From positions 932 to 64,931 of the forward strand of contig DKLZ01000022.1 of NCBI GenBank assembly GCA_002455955.1: a stretch of DNA of 64,000 bases, in the 5' to 3' direction. This DNA is from Dehalococcoidia bacterium UBA6627. GTDB taxonomy: Bacteria; Chloroflexota; Dehalococcoidia; UBA2979. Below are positions 29,687 to 39,711 of this stretch, piece by piece. The stretch's first letter is position 1, and every line of letters begins with the position of its first letter. The position numbers and the translations under genes were made by a program. Below the pieces are notes generated by a model. That model did not search any database. It worked only from the letters and a program-made list of their open reading frames with translations, and was not told where the DNA came from.

Positions 29687-30886
29687 ATGGCCAAGGGCGT
29701 ATTCGAGCGGACAAAACCGCACGCCAACATAGGGACTATTGGTCATGTCGACCATGGCAAGACCACTTTGACAGCGGCAATTACCAAGTCGCTCTCACTC
29801 ACGGGAGGTGCAGACTTCCGTTCTTTCGAACAGATCGACAACGCTCCCGAAGAGAAAGCGCGCGGAATTACTATCGCAATCACACATGTGGAGTACGAGA
29901 CAGAAAATCGTCACTACGCACACGTTGACTGCCCTGGTCACGCCGACTACATCAAAAACATGATCACTGGCGCTGCACAGATGGATGGTGCCATCTTGGT
30001 TGTTGCTGCTCCCGATGGTCCGATGCCTCAGACGCGTGAGCACCTTTTGCTCGCTCGCCAGGTCGAAGTTCCAAACATCGTTGTCTTCCTGAACAAGGTG
30101 GACATGATGGACGACGAAGAACTACTCGAACTGGTTGAGATGGAGATGCGCGAACTTCTCACCGAATATGAGTTCCCCGGAGACGACGTCCCGATTATTC
30201 GTGGCTCTGCTTTGGCAGCATTGGAATCTTCTTCAGAAGATATGAACGATCCTGAGTATGCCCCGATCATGGAGCTTATGAATGCGGTCGACGAATATAT
30301 CCCGCAGCCGGAACGTGCTAACGATCAACCGTTCCTAATGGCTATCGAAGATGTGTTCGGAATTAAAGGCCGTGGCACCGTAGTCACCGGTCGAATCGAG
30401 CGAGGAACAGTCAACGTTGGTGAATCCATCGAGATCATTGGTCTCAAGGACACGGCAACAACAACCGTGACCGGAGTTGAAATGTTCAACAAAACACTCG
30501 AATCCGGGGAGGCTGGAGATAACGTTGGTGCTCTACTCCGTGGTGTCGAGCGAGAAGATATCGAACGTGGTCAGGTATTAGCTGCCCCTGGTTCAATAAC
30601 ACCGCATCGAAAATTCAAGGGGCAGGTATACGTACTATCGAAGGATGAGGGAGGGCGTCACACGCCATTCTTCAACGGCTATCGTCCACAGTTTTACGTC
30701 CGAACTACCGACGTAACTGGAATGGCAACTCTTCCTGAAGGCACAGAAATGGTCATGCCAGGCGATGACGTAGAGCTCAGTATTGAGTTGGTGTCACCTA
30801 TTGCCATTGAAAATGGCCTCAGATTTGCGATTCGTGAAGGTGGACGTACAGTCGGTTCAGGCATCGTAACTGAGATCGTGGAGTAG
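29687..30886 (+). CDS. tuf: Elongation factor Tu
   Basis: [18 protein letters not shown] and NKVD GTPase motifs. 399 aa. Confidence 0.97.
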   Translation: MAKGVFERTKPHANIGTIGHVDHGKTTLTAAITKSLSLTGGADFRSFEQIDNAPEEKARGITIAITHVEYETENRHYAHVDCPGHADYIKNMITGAAQMDGAILVVAAPDGPMPQTREHLLLARQVEVPNIVVFLNKVDMMDDEELLELVEMEMRELLTEYEFPGDDVPIIRGSALAALESSSEDMNDPEYAPIMELMNAVDEYIPQPERANDQPFLMAIEDVFGIKGRGTVVTGRIERGTVNVGESIEIIGLKDTATTTVTGVEMFNKTLESGEAGDNVGALLRGVEREDIERGQVLAAPGSITPHRKFKGQVYVLSKDEGGRHTPFFNGYRPQFYVRTTDVTGMATLPEGTEMVMPGDDVELSIELVSPIAIENGLRFAIREGGRTVGSGIVTEIVE

Positions 30887-30896
30887 GCGGATAGCG

Positions 30897-31061
30897 GTGG
30901 CAAAAAAGGGTGATCGCGAACACGTTAAACTTGTTAGTAACGACTGCCCGGGAGTTGTCTACCATACAAAGAAAAACAAACGGAACGACCCGGATCGTAT
31001 CGAGTTAAGGAAATACTGCCCGAAAACTCGATCGATCCAAGTCTTTCGAGAGAGCCGCTAG
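30897..31061 (+). CDS. rpmG: 50S ribosomal protein L33 (54 aa; below the ORF-track cutoff)
   Basis: GTG start 10 nt after the tuf stop. Translation MAKKGDREHVKLVSNDCPGVVYHTKKNKRNDPDRIELRKYCPKTRSIQVFRESR matches the L33 pattern (MAKKG..KL.S...G..Y.T.KNKRN.P..LEL.KY.P). Confidence 0.8.
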   Translation: MAKKGDREHVKLVSNDCPGVVYHTKKNKRNDPDRIELRKYCPKTRSIQVFRESR

Positions 31062-31159
31062 ACGCAACTCGCATTGTTCGAACATATCTGGATTGGCGGA
31101 AGTAATCCCGCTGTCCAGCAGCTCAGCGACGGAAGACCCGAGACCAGTAGGGACACAAA

Positions 31160-31486
31160 ATGGGCCGAGAGGCTCGCCGGGCTCAGGCTCGAGCGGAACG
31201 ACGACAGCAAAGACAAGGGCAAGGCGGTGCACGCAGCCCTCGAAATCCTGCTGCCGTTACCACGACTTCATCGCAGGCCAGTCAGGTGCGATCCCGAGGA
31301 TCGCTATTACGACCTGCATGGATTATCGACATCGTTAGCGAACTACGTAAGGTTACGTGGCCTTCACGCCAGGAAGTCGGATATTTAACTTTTGTCGTGA
31401 TCGTCATCTCGATAATCATCGGGCTTATCCTTGGATCAGCAGATCTTGCATTCGGCTGGTTTACTGAGCAGACTATCCTGCGCTAG
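31160..31486 (+). CDS. secE: Preprotein translocase subunit SecE (with an R/Q-rich N-terminal extension)
   Basis: The C-terminal ...ELRKVTWPSRQEVGYLTFVVIVISIIIGLILG... is the conserved SecE TM segment. Sits in the canonical position before nusG. Start codon uncertain. Confidence 0.7.
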   Translation: MGREARRAQARAERRQQRQGQGGARSPRNPAAVTTTSSQASQVRSRGSLLRPAWIIDIVSELRKVTWPSRQEVGYLTFVVIVISIIIGLILGSADLAFGWFTEQTILR

Positions 31487-31495
31487 GAGAGACGC

Positions 31496-32110
31496 GTGGT
31501 ACTCGAATCTCGACCCGAAAAAACAACCACCGAGACTGATGGCGAGGACAACCCTTCGCCCGCTGGGTCTAAAGACGGGCGTGCCTGGTTCATCGTGCAG
31601 ACATACTCAGGATACGAAAATAAGGTAAAACTCGATCTTGAACAGCGGATTAGATCGATGGATATGTCAGAGCGAATCCACCAAGTAATCGTCCCTACTG
31701 AAGATGAAATAGAGATTCGAGAAGGACAGCGAAAGACCGTGTCCAAGAAGCTCTTCCCTGGTTATGTTTTTGTGCAAATGCTGATGGATGATGAATCTTG
31801 GTATGTGGTTCGTAACACTCCCGGTGTGACTGGTTTTGCCGGGACAACGACAGACGACCGAGCGAAACCTACACCATTACCAGACGCGGAAGTTAATCAA
31901 ATCTTGCGGCAAATGCATACTGCTGCACCACGTGTGAACATAGGCTTCGCCGTCGGCGAAACTGTATTAGTTACAGATGGACCGTTTAGCGACATGATTG
32001 GATCTGTCGATATGATCGATCTGGACCGTGGTCGTGTTCGAGTAATGGTGTCTATGTTCGGTCGCGATACGCCAGTTGAACTCGACTTTTTGCAAGTTGA
32101 GAAACAGTAA
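31496..32110 (+). CDS. nusG: Transcription termination/antitermination factor NusG
   Basis: NGN domain (WFIVQTYSGYENKV) and KOW (GETVLVTDGPFSDMIGSV). GTG start. About 30-aa N-terminal extension. Confidence 0.9.
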   Translation: MVLESRPEKTTTETDGEDNPSPAGSKDGRAWFIVQTYSGYENKVKLDLEQRIRSMDMSERIHQVIVPTEDEIEIREGQRKTVSKKLFPGYVFVQMLMDDESWYVVRNTPGVTGFAGTTTDDRAKPTPLPDAEVNQILRQMHTAAPRVNIGFAVGETVLVTDGPFSDMIGSVDMIDLDRGRVRVMVSMFGRDTPVELDFLQVEKQ

Positions 32111-32188
32111 AGACGGGACGTTTCGCAGAAGTAGCCTTCGCTGGGCTGATATTTTTCTTAAGGCTAAGCTAAGTTTTGGTGAGGTGAG

Positions 32189-32611
32189 ATGGCAAAGAAA
32201 GTTCGCACTGTCCTGACTCTACAAATTCAAGCAGGCCAAGCTAACCCGGCGCCGCCTGTTGGAACCGCGTTGGGACCGCATGGAATCAACATTATGGATT
32301 TCTGCAAAGCATACAATGAGCAAACACGTGAATCAGCTGGGCAAATTATCCCAGCAAAAATCACGATCTTTGAAGACCGCTCGTTCAGTTTTATCCTGAA
32401 AACGCCTCCGGCATCGGATTTGCTTCGCAAAGCTGCTGGCATCGAGAAAGGGTCGCCTAGTCAGCTACAGGAAAAGGTTGGGTCTGTAAACGATAGTCAG
32501 GTGCGAGAGATAGCTGAAGTAAAGATGCCTGATCTCAATACCGACGACATCGAGCAGGCAATGAGAATAGTCAAAGGAACGGCTCGCTCGATGGGAATTG
32601 AGGTTCAGTAA
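32189..32611 (+). CDS. rplK: 50S ribosomal protein L11
   Basis: [32 protein letters not shown] is the canonical L11 N-terminus. Confidence 0.95.
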   Translation: MAKKVRTVLTLQIQAGQANPAPPVGTALGPHGINIMDFCKAYNEQTRESAGQIIPAKITIFEDRSFSFILKTPPASDLLRKAAGIEKGSPSQLQEKVGSVNDSQVREIAEVKMPDLNTDDIEQAMRIVKGTARSMGIEVQ

Positions 32612-32613
32612 CA

Positions 32614-33336
32614 ATGCCGAAAGTGGGAAAGCGAACCATTGCCGCACGTGAGAAGGTCGATTCCGACCAACTATACGATCCCCAGCAAGCAGTGGCTCTT
32701 GTAAAAGGAAACGCAACCGCGAAGTTCGATGAAACTGTAGAACTTCACCTAAAGACTGGCCTAGACGGTCGTCATGCAGATCAACAGATCCGCGGATCTG
32801 TTGTTCTACCTCATGGGATCGGCCGAGAAGTTAGGGTCTTAGTCTTCGCAGAAGGAGAGGCCGCAAACAACGCTAGTGATGCCGGAGCCGACGAAGTTGG
32901 TGCAGACGATCTCATCGAAAAAGTAGCTTCCGGCTACCTCGACTTCGATGTAGCACTCGCTCAACGAGAGCTGATGGGTAAAGTTGGAGGCTTGGGTCGT
33001 GTTCTGGGGCCACGTGGTCTGATGCCCAACCCTCGAAATAACACTGTGCTACCAGGTGAAGACCTGGCACGAGGAGTCAACGAAGCAAAGGCAGGGCGTG
33101 TTGATTTCCGACTTGATCGGACAAATCTTGTGCATTGCACGATAGGGAAGGCTTCTTTCACCGAAGCGCAGCTCGAAGGAAACCTCGGAGCTATGATTTC
33201 AGAAATCTTACGAGCTCGTCCAACGGGTACTAAAGGTCCACTACTCAAAGGTGCAACACTCACCTCAACAATGGGGCCAGGCGTTCAGATGGACATAAAC
33301 CAAATACTAGCGTTAGGCGATGAAAATACCTCTTAA
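32614..33336 (+). CDS. rplA: 50S ribosomal protein L1
   Basis: 240 aa, 2 nt after rplK. Conserved L1 motifs (GLMPNPR, HCTIGK). Confidence 0.95.
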   Translation: MPKVGKRTIAAREKVDSDQLYDPQQAVALVKGNATAKFDETVELHLKTGLDGRHADQQIRGSVVLPHGIGREVRVLVFAEGEAANNASDAGADEVGADDLIEKVASGYLDFDVALAQRELMGKVGGLGRVLGPRGLMPNPRNNTVLPGEDLARGVNEAKAGRVDFRLDRTNLVHCTIGKASFTEAQLEGNLGAMISEILRARPTGTKGPLLKGATLTSTMGPGVQMDINQILALGDENTS

Positions 33337-33551
33337 CAACATTCTATAGATGACATTCTTGTGAGCTGAAAAATTATCAGCGCGGAATAAAATTTGCGCC
33401 GAACTAAAGGCAATGTGAGGTACCATATTGAGGCGGCGTAAAAGTCGCCTGACTGCCAGAGACTGCGGGTCTAGAAATAGATAACGCTCAAGCGAGCGAC
33501 CCGTATAGGTAGGGCATAATGCGGGAATGCCTCAGAGGTAGACCCGGATCA

Positions 33552-33583
33552 CGCGCCCTCAGTTCTGGCGAGGGCGCTTTTTT
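33552..33583 (+). terminator. Intrinsic terminator/attenuator in the rplJ (L10) leader
   Basis: Stem GCGCCCTC (33553-33560) pairs with GAGGGCGC (33570-33577), 9-nt loop, followed by TTTTTT (33578-33583). Lies inside the 299-nt rplA-rplJ spacer. Confidence 0.55.
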
Positions 33584-33635
33584 ATGCGTTTAGCGATGTC
33601 GTAAACCGGATATTCGGTATTACGGAAGGAAATCA

Positions 33636-34268
33636 ATGCCAACCGAAAAGAAGGTGGCACAGGTCGCTGAGTTAAAGGACCAGATCGAACGCGCTGAAAT
33701 CGCGATCGCCACGAGCTACCAGCGGGTTAATGTCGCACAACAAATCGAGCTTCGCCGAGCGATTCGCGAAGCTGGCGGCGAAATGCGAGTAGTTAAAAAC
33801 ACACTACTAAAGATTGCTGCGACTGACGCTGGCCTCGAGCAGTTCGGGCAACTAGCGGACGGTCCAACTGCAATTGTGTTCGGCTATGAAGAACCTGTAG
33901 CGCCCGCCCGTGCGATAGCTACCTATCTCAAAGAAAACGACGAGTCGGCTTTCAAGATTCGTAGTGCAATCGTGGGTGGAGAACTGGTAGATGCTGCTTA
34001 CGTAGAAGACTTAGCGACCGTTCCACCACGAGACGAATTACTTTCCCGAATTGCCGGCGGCCTCGTCGGCAAGCTCAGAGAGCTAATGATGTTGATCGAC
34101 GTAACACCCCGCGAGTTTGTAAGCCTGCTAGAAGCTCGAGCTAACCAGCTGGAGGATGGGGCGAATAGTTCCGATACGACAGACAGCGACTCTGCAGCTA
34201 ATGAAGCACCGCAAGATGAAGAGGTAGTTGATGAGGACGAAGTGAGCAATGAAAGTGAGACGGACTAG
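33636..34268 (+). CDS. rplJ: 50S ribosomal protein L10 (with an about 40-aa acidic C-terminal tail)
   Basis: L10 core homology. 210 aa, against 165-175 for a typical L10. Confidence 0.9.
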   Translation: MPTEKKVAQVAELKDQIERAEIAIATSYQRVNVAQQIELRRAIREAGGEMRVVKNTLLKIAATDAGLEQFGQLADGPTAIVFGYEEPVAPARAIATYLKENDESAFKIRSAIVGGELVDAAYVEDLATVPPRDELLSRIAGGLVGKLRELMMLIDVTPREFVSLLEARANQLEDGANSSDTTDSDSAANEAPQDEEVVDEDEVSNESETD

Positions 34269-34348
34269 AGAGAATTAGAGAAGAAGCAAAACATAAGGGA
34301 AAAAGCTATGCAATTTCCTTCTAGTTAATAGCCGCCAGGGAGACAGTA

Positions 34349-34723
34349 ATGAGCAAAGTTGACGAAGCGCTAGATGTAATCAAGGGTATGACAATCCTTG
34401 AGCTACGTGACCTGAACAAAGCAATCGAAGATGAGTTTGGTGTGACTGCCGCCGCACCAGTTGCCGTCGCAGCCGCGCCTGCTGGCGAAGCCACTGCTGC
34501 TGCAGAAGAAAAGAGTGAATTCGATGTGGTCCTAAAGGACTTCGGGGCAAACAAGATCAATGTGATCAAAGTAGTTCGTGGACTTACGTCGCTTGGACTC
34601 AAAGATGCAAAAGACCTCGTAGAAGCAGCCCCAAAATCTGTTCGTGAAGGTGTCACTAAAGAAGAAGCTGAAGATGCGAAAACTCAGCTCGAGGAGGCAG
34701 GTGCGACCGTCGAGCTATCGTAA
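34349..34723 (+). CDS. rplL: 50S ribosomal protein L7/L12
   Basis: Ala-rich hinge and C-terminal domain ([24 protein letters not shown]). Confidence 0.95.
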   Translation: MSKVDEALDVIKGMTILELRDLNKAIEDEFGVTAAAPVAVAAAPAGEATAAAEEKSEFDVVLKDFGANKINVIKVVRGLTSLGLKDAKDLVEAAPKSVREGVTKEEAEDAKTQLEEAGATVELS

Positions 34724-34793
34724 GCACAAGCTATGATTCAGACTCACTCAAAGGGTCAGGAATGCCGTCGAAAGTGCATGGTGCGCTCAACTC

Positions 34794-35366
34794 GTGACTG
34801 AAGATCAGGGTGTCGATCACAACGTAACCGAGGAAGAGTTGCTCGACGAGAGCGAACTCGACCCAACATTAGCGATCCCCTCTCCCCGAATCTATAGAGG
34901 GTCACTTATCACTTTATTGATTGGATCAACTTTTGCCATTTGGCTACTGGTTTTTCCTCCTAATGGAACAGACCCAGACAATCCACCCAGCTCGATCAGC
35001 GCTATAGTACCTACACCTCAACCAACTGCTATAACGGCACCAAATCTTACTCCTTCACCGACACCTGCAGCGACTAGTGTGATACCTGCAACTCCGGTAC
35101 CCACAATGAGTCCCACTCCTAGTCCTACTATCACACCATCACCCACAGCTGCACCTACAGCAGCAATCACTCCAACTGCCACACCAGTCCCGAGCACCCT
35201 GACGTATACCGTCGTTCTAGGGGATACCATGTTCTGGATCGCAGAACGGTTCCTGCCAGAGGGTGAGGATATTAATACGTTTATTGATGAGATCGCTGAG
35301 TTCAATGGGATAGTCGACGTGATGCAGATCCAAGCTGGACAGACACTGGAAATCCCTCGCCAGTAG
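34794..35366 (+). CDS. LysM-domain protein with an N-terminal TM anchor and a Pro/Thr/Ala-rich linker
   Basis: C-terminal LysM (YTVVLGDTMFWIAERF...IQAGQTLEIP). Low-complexity PT-rich region at 34990-35200. GTG start. Confidence 0.7.
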   Translation: MTEDQGVDHNVTEEELLDESELDPTLAIPSPRIYRGSLITLLIGSTFAIWLLVFPPNGTDPDNPPSSISAIVPTPQPTAITAPNLTPSPTPAATSVIPATPVPTMSPTPSPTITPSPTAAPTAAITPTATPVPSTLTYTVVLGDTMFWIAERFLPEGEDINTFIDEIAEFNGIVDVMQIQAGQTLEIPRQ

Positions 35367-35391
35367 CCACGAAATCGATTGAGGAGAATCG

Positions 35392-35829
35392 ATGAATCGC
35401 GAGATGCTTGAGGAACACTCAGCTTCACGTCAGATACTCATACCGAGTATGGCGGTCTACGGGTTGGCAACCTTTGCCGTCGATTTAATGTTCCTAGTCT
35501 CGGCCAAAGCATTGTTCGATGGTAATGGTGGCGCATCACTTCCAGCTATAATCCTCGGAATTCTAGGCTTTGCAGTTACCTTCGAATTGATCGCAGGAAT
35601 TCGAGATTTCCGCACTCAACCTAAAATGCTCGAAGGAGAAGCTGGACGAATTTGGAAAAAGTCGAAGGTCCTATTCTTTGGCCGCCAAGATTACCTACTT
35701 GTCAATGGAAAAGTTTTCGAAGTAAGCCCGATCACTGCGACCGAGCTACAGCCAGGTCAGCGAGTTGCCATCTGCCATTGGCCACACACGTCAAGAGTGA
35801 TCACTCTTCAACGCATAGTTGACAGCTAG
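35392..35829 (+). CDS. Hypothetical membrane protein (2 TM plus a C-terminal soluble domain)
   Basis: ORF with hydrophobic segments. No family assigned. Confidence 0.4.
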   Translation: MNREMLEEHSASRQILIPSMAVYGLATFAVDLMFLVSAKALFDGNGGASLPAIILGILGFAVTFELIAGIRDFRTQPKMLEGEAGRIWKKSKVLFFGRQDYLLVNGKVFEVSPITATELQPGQRVAICHWPHTSRVITLQRIVDS

Positions 35830-36036
35830 CATTTGAATGACAGGGTCCTGTGTCCAACAACGACTTATTTTGGACTCCTGAAATGAAAGCTGTGCCCGCT
35901 ATGACGGATCTCCAGTTTGAGTAGGTGTCCAAACAGGTCGAAGGTTATAACTACACGGCAGGCAAACACCACACAAACAACACTCGCACCCTTGAAAATT
36001 CGATTTGAGTAATCTCAATCCATAAAACCAACCAAG

Positions 36037-36666
36037 GTGCGCTTTTCATCCGAGTACCGCGATCCAAGTGCTACTATCTCTGACAGGGCGGGGAGAACTG
36101 GAACATCTGCAGACTTGCACTGGCTCGACCTAATCATAGTCGCAGTCATCACATGGATGACCTTTTCCGCTCTGCGACGCGGTCTAATTCAAGAGATCGT
36201 GATGCTAGTGGCGTTGATGCTTGGAGCCGTAGTCGCTGGATCTTTCTACAATGATCTAAGTACGAATATCGAATTTCTGATTGATCACGAAGAGCGTCGT
36301 AACTTCCTCGCCTTTACTACTTTATTGGTTGGAATTCTGATTCTTGGAAGATTAATCGCAGGTTTGCTTCGAAAAACCGCTAGGTTTTTCATGCTTGGGC
36401 CCTTTGATCGTATAGGTGGAGCAGTATTCGGCTTCATAAAAGGCATCGTTATTGTGGAGGTCGCATTGATCGTCATCTCCGTTTTTCCAATTTCGGAGAC
36501 TGCTGCCAATGCAATCGAAGACTCACAGCTAGCGGCTATCTTCCTTAAGCAAGCCCCATTCGTGGAATTGGCGTTACCGTCTGAATTTGAAAACGCATTG
36601 GACACGCTTCGCCAGTGGCAAGAATCACTTCCGACTTCCGTCGCCGATGTAAGTCACCGCAAGTAA
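36037..36666 (+). CDS. CvpA-family membrane protein
   Basis: ...HWLDLIIVAVITWMTFSALRRGLIQEIVMLVALMLGAVVAG... matches the CvpA N-terminal pattern (WlDiii..i..s...G...G). An alternative TTG start at 36113 would give the canonical N-terminus. Confidence 0.55.
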   Translation: MRFSSEYRDPSATISDRAGRTGTSADLHWLDLIIVAVITWMTFSALRRGLIQEIVMLVALMLGAVVAGSFYNDLSTNIEFLIDHEERRNFLAFTTLLVGILILGRLIAGLLRKTARFFMLGPFDRIGGAVFGFIKGIVIVEVALIVISVFPISETAANAIEDSQLAAIFLKQAPFVELALPSEFENALDTLRQWQESLPTSVADVSHRK

Positions 36667-36869
36667 TAATATTCTTCTACTACCTGCTGAAGCGGGCATG
36701 ACTCTTGCTAGTCATCCATACCGACATTCGGAACAGCCAGCAGTGTCATTCGCCGTTCATTTGACACGATATCGCGAGTGGACACCGTTTATTTCCGGAT
36801 GGCAACGAAACCAAAACTCTTCGTTTGCAGCGGCCCACTGAACACTCTTGTCCGATTAGCTGCAGCTAA

Positions 36870-37604
36870 CTAAACCATCTCCCCTGTTCGTCGATCGAGA
36901 ATCGGTGCCACAGTCTCCAAATTAAGCAACTTCCTTACCGCTATCAGCGATTCTAGGCACGCACCTGGACTCGTCCATCCTCGCTCTGTTACTGCTCTCG
37001 CGACGGTGGTACCTAGTTTTGCGACATCGGGCAGCTTTGCATGACAATCCTCTTCGATCGCTCCCCAAAGCTCGGTCGGATGCTCAATCGCACCTCGCGC
37101 ATATACCAACAGCGCCCAGACTAAAATGCCATCACCGCCATCATCTTCCCATTCAGAGTAGTCGCGGAGAAGATCTTTCAGAGCTTGATGACGTTGCTCA
37201 TCTTCCCATTCAACATCGAGGGCGAGGGCACTGAGAGCATGATTAGCTGCAGGTGCAAAAACCAGTTCACGAAGAGCCGCGCGAATAATAGGACCATCTA
37301 CTGCATCATTTTCCGCTGGTCGTTGTATCGCCGGATAGCGTTCGAGTCTTTGGCGCACGTGCTCGAGGGCAACACCGACGATATGAGGAAGGGCGTGGGT
37401 CGGTACCCCGTTATGTAGCCGGATCACAACTTTATCCTTCTGCCACATGATATTAGAGAAAACATGCTCCGCACCGGATTCGAATTGAAGCGAGCGTTCA
37501 GCCTCGACACGTAACCGACTCTCAATCTCTGCATGCAAATGTTCGATAGCGTCTCCAATATCCTTACCAATAACCTTCATAATAGATCCCACCTCGTCTT
37601 GCAC
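36870..37604 (-). CDS. Hypothetical protein (predicted all-alpha, acidic)
   Basis: 244-aa ORF downstream of pheA. No recognisable motifs. Confidence 0.4.
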   Translation of the reverse strand: MQDEVGSIMKVIGKDIGDAIEHLHAEIESRLRVEAERSLQFESGAEHVFSNIMWQKDKVVIRLHNGVPTHALPHIVGVALEHVRQRLERYPAIQRPAENDAVDGPIIRAALRELVFAPAANHALSALALDVEWEDEQRHQALKDLLRDYSEWEDDGGDGILVWALLVYARGAIEHPTELWGAIEEDCHAKLPDVAKLGTTVARAVTERGWTSPGACLESLIAVRKLLNLETVAPILDRRTGEMV

Positions 37605-37759
37605 CAGATATCTGATACTGAAAAGAGCAACGCACCCTCGTTAGCAACGGCATTCATCACATCAATCCCTTGGGTTGAGCATGTTGCGCTACCTGTATTC
37701 ATGTCCAATAGGTCACACTGGGACCAATGCGATAGAAAATCTCACCTCGAAACCTGAAC

Positions 37760-38590
37760 TTAGTCATCGTTGCCAGACCATCGTGGATACGACCCAAGAA
37801 CAGAAAGCCACTGCGTGCAAAGGCGCGCCTCATCGATTGCGGCTGTGATATCGGATTCCTGTTGGTGGCCTTCAACATCAACAAAGAAATAGTAGGTTCC
37901 AAGCTGACGCCCAGTTGGACGAGACTCGATTTTTGTCATGTTGATCGAGCGTTCAGCAAACGGCTGAAGGACTTCTACCAATGACCCTGGACGATCATGC
38001 GCCATGCTAAAAACAAGGGACGTCTTATCATCCCCGCTCGGCTCGCAATCATCTGCCGATAAGATGATGAATCGAGTCTGATTATTCGGCAGGTCACTGA
38101 TGTCTTCTTCGTAGCATTGCGCCGAGTAAAGATCCGCTGCTCGTCGATTTCCAACCGCAAGTGTTCCTGGCTCTTTGATAGCTGACTCTATCGCTGCTGA
38201 TGTAGAAAGTGCTGCAACTGGCAGCGCTGCAGGAACAAGAACGCTGAGATTGCGGCGACATTGTGCCAGTGCCTGTGGATGTGAGTAAACGATCTCTACA
38301 TCAACAAGGGACAGTCCGGGCGAACCTACTAATGCATGCTTAATCGGGAGGACAACTTCCGCATTGATATTTAGGTTCAGATCGTCGCGCACAAGGATTG
38401 CAAGTGTTTCAGCAACCGGACCTTCGAGAGAATTTTCGATCGCACAAACTGCTGCACTTGCTTCGCCATTCTCAACAGCTAGCGCGGCTGCAGTAAACGT
38501 TCGGTAAGGAACCAATTCCGCTGCAGCATCGTACGTAAGCGCGGCTGCCTCAGTATAAGTTCCGATAGGTCCAAGAAAAGCGAGACGCAT
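37760..38590 (-). CDS. pheA: Prephenate dehydratase
   Basis: PDT domain (LGPIGTYTEAA...ENSLEGPV) plus a C-terminal ACT domain (ESRPTGRQLGTYYFFVDVEGH). Confidence 0.85.
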   Translation of the reverse strand: MRLAFLGPIGTYTEAAALTYDAAAELVPYRTFTAAALAVENGEASAAVCAIENSLEGPVAETLAILVRDDLNLNINAEVVLPIKHALVGSPGLSLVDVEIVYSHPQALAQCRRNLSVLVPAALPVAALSTSAAIESAIKEPGTLAVGNRRAADLYSAQCYEEDISDLPNNQTRFIILSADDCEPSGDDKTSLVFSMAHDRPGSLVEVLQPFAERSINMTKIESRPTGRQLGTYYFFVDVEGHQQESDITAAIDEARLCTQWLSVLGSYPRWSGNDD

Positions 38591-39264
38591 TAAACGGCAA
38601 CCGGATGACCGGTAATTAGTTCATGCATACTTTCTTCGGCGTCGATTGGAATAACTGCAATCACTTCGTCACCACTATGAAGCACTGTGCCATCGTTCGG
38701 GACGACAGCACCTCCATCACCGACCACTAGTGATATCAATGTGCCAATAGGAAGTTCGAGATCGCGAATTGCACGGCCATCGGCGGGAGCTCCATGTTGC
38801 AAATGTAAGTCAACTACAGTCAGCCCGTGTTTCTTAAGTTTCATCAGGGGTACCACCGTATGCTCCGGAAGCGTAGTTTCAATCTGAGCCATCACAGCCT
38901 GTGAAGCTGACACCGTAGTATCAATCCCAAGTCTAATAAACAGCTCTTCGTTATGCGGATCGTTTACTCTCGCGATCGTACGAGGAACATTGAAACGATG
39001 CTTAGCCACCTGACACGTAACTAAGTTAGCACCGTCGTCTGCAGTAACAGCGATCAAAAGGTCTGCCCTTCCAGCCCCAACTTGTTCGAGGAAGGAAACT
39101 TCTGAGCCGTCACCATTAACAACCATTTCTCCAAGTTCATCACGGAGTTTGGAGGCCTGATTATGATCTCGCTCTATGATCGTAACTTCATGATCAGGCA
39201 GAACTTGCAGTTCGAGAGCGAGGCCATAGCCAACCATCCCTCCGCCGACAACGATGATATACAT
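38590..39264 (-). CDS. TrkA/KtrA-type K+ transport regulatory protein (RCK N plus C domains)
   Basis: IIVVGGGMVGYGLA Rossmann motif and a TrkA-C domain. 1-nt overlap with pheA. Confidence 0.8.
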   Translation of the reverse strand: MYIIVVGGGMVGYGLALELQVLPDHEVTIIERDHNQASKLRDELGEMVVNGDGSEVSFLEQVGAGRADLLIAVTADDGANLVTCQVAKHRFNVPRTIARVNDPHNEELFIRLGIDTTVSASQAVMAQIETTLPEHTVVPLMKLKKHGLTVVDLHLQHGAPADGRAIRDLELPIGTLISLVVGDGGAVVPNDGTVLHSGDEVIAVIPIDAEESMHELITGHPVAV

Positions 39265-39267
39265 AAG

Positions 39268-39702
39268 CTAGCCTTGTGATGCCTCTGTTAGTTTATCCGG
39301 CGTCTCTTCGAACAGTGACGTTATTATTAGCTCCGATCCATTCTTTGTTGGACTAAACGTACTGAGCCCAAGTTGTTCAAATAGAACACTGCGTTGCGGG
39401 TCTTTCACTCGTGTAATCACATTCTTAATTCCAAACTGATGCTTCGCTCGTTGCGAAGCAAGAAGATTACGATTATCTCCGGATGCGACGGCGATAAATA
39501 CATCAGCTTCTTCTATGTTAATTGCCTCTAGGATTCTGAAATCGTTACCTGACCCTGTTATTCGTCGACCCGCGAAATTAGTTGGTAATCGTGAGAAAGC
39601 GAACGGATCAGTATCTATAACCGAGACGTCATGACCACCTTCTGAAAGCTGACCAGCAACACTAGCGCCGACTCGTCCACAACCCATGACAATTACATTC
39701 AT
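39268..39702 (-). CDS. TrkA-N (RCK NAD-binding) domain protein
   Basis: VIVMGCGRVGASVAGQL Rossmann motif. 144 aa with no C-terminal domain. Confidence 0.75.
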   Translation of the reverse strand: MNVIVMGCGRVGASVAGQLSEGGHDVSVIDTDPFAFSRLPTNFAGRRITGSGNDFRILEAINIEEADVFIAVASGDNRNLLASQRAKHQFGIKNVITRVKDPQRSVLFEQLGLSTFSPTKNGSELIITSLFEETPDKLTEASQG

Positions 39703-39711
39703 CTTTGTCTC

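Noticed and set aside
29117-29730. ORFs 29117-29416, 29440-29730 and 29555-29755 on the minus strand
   Set aside because: They overlap the three tRNA genes and the tuf leader, have no RBS and no homology; spurious.
31062-31159. tRNA-Trp expected between rpmG and secE (common arrangement)
   Set aside because: No tRNA-like sequence (GGTTCGA-type T-loop, acceptor pairing) is present in this 98-nt spacer.
35018-35428. 136-aa minus-strand ORF overlapping the LysM gene
   Set aside because: It is the antisense reading of the Pro/Thr/Ala-rich low-complexity linker of the LysM protein; shadow ORF.
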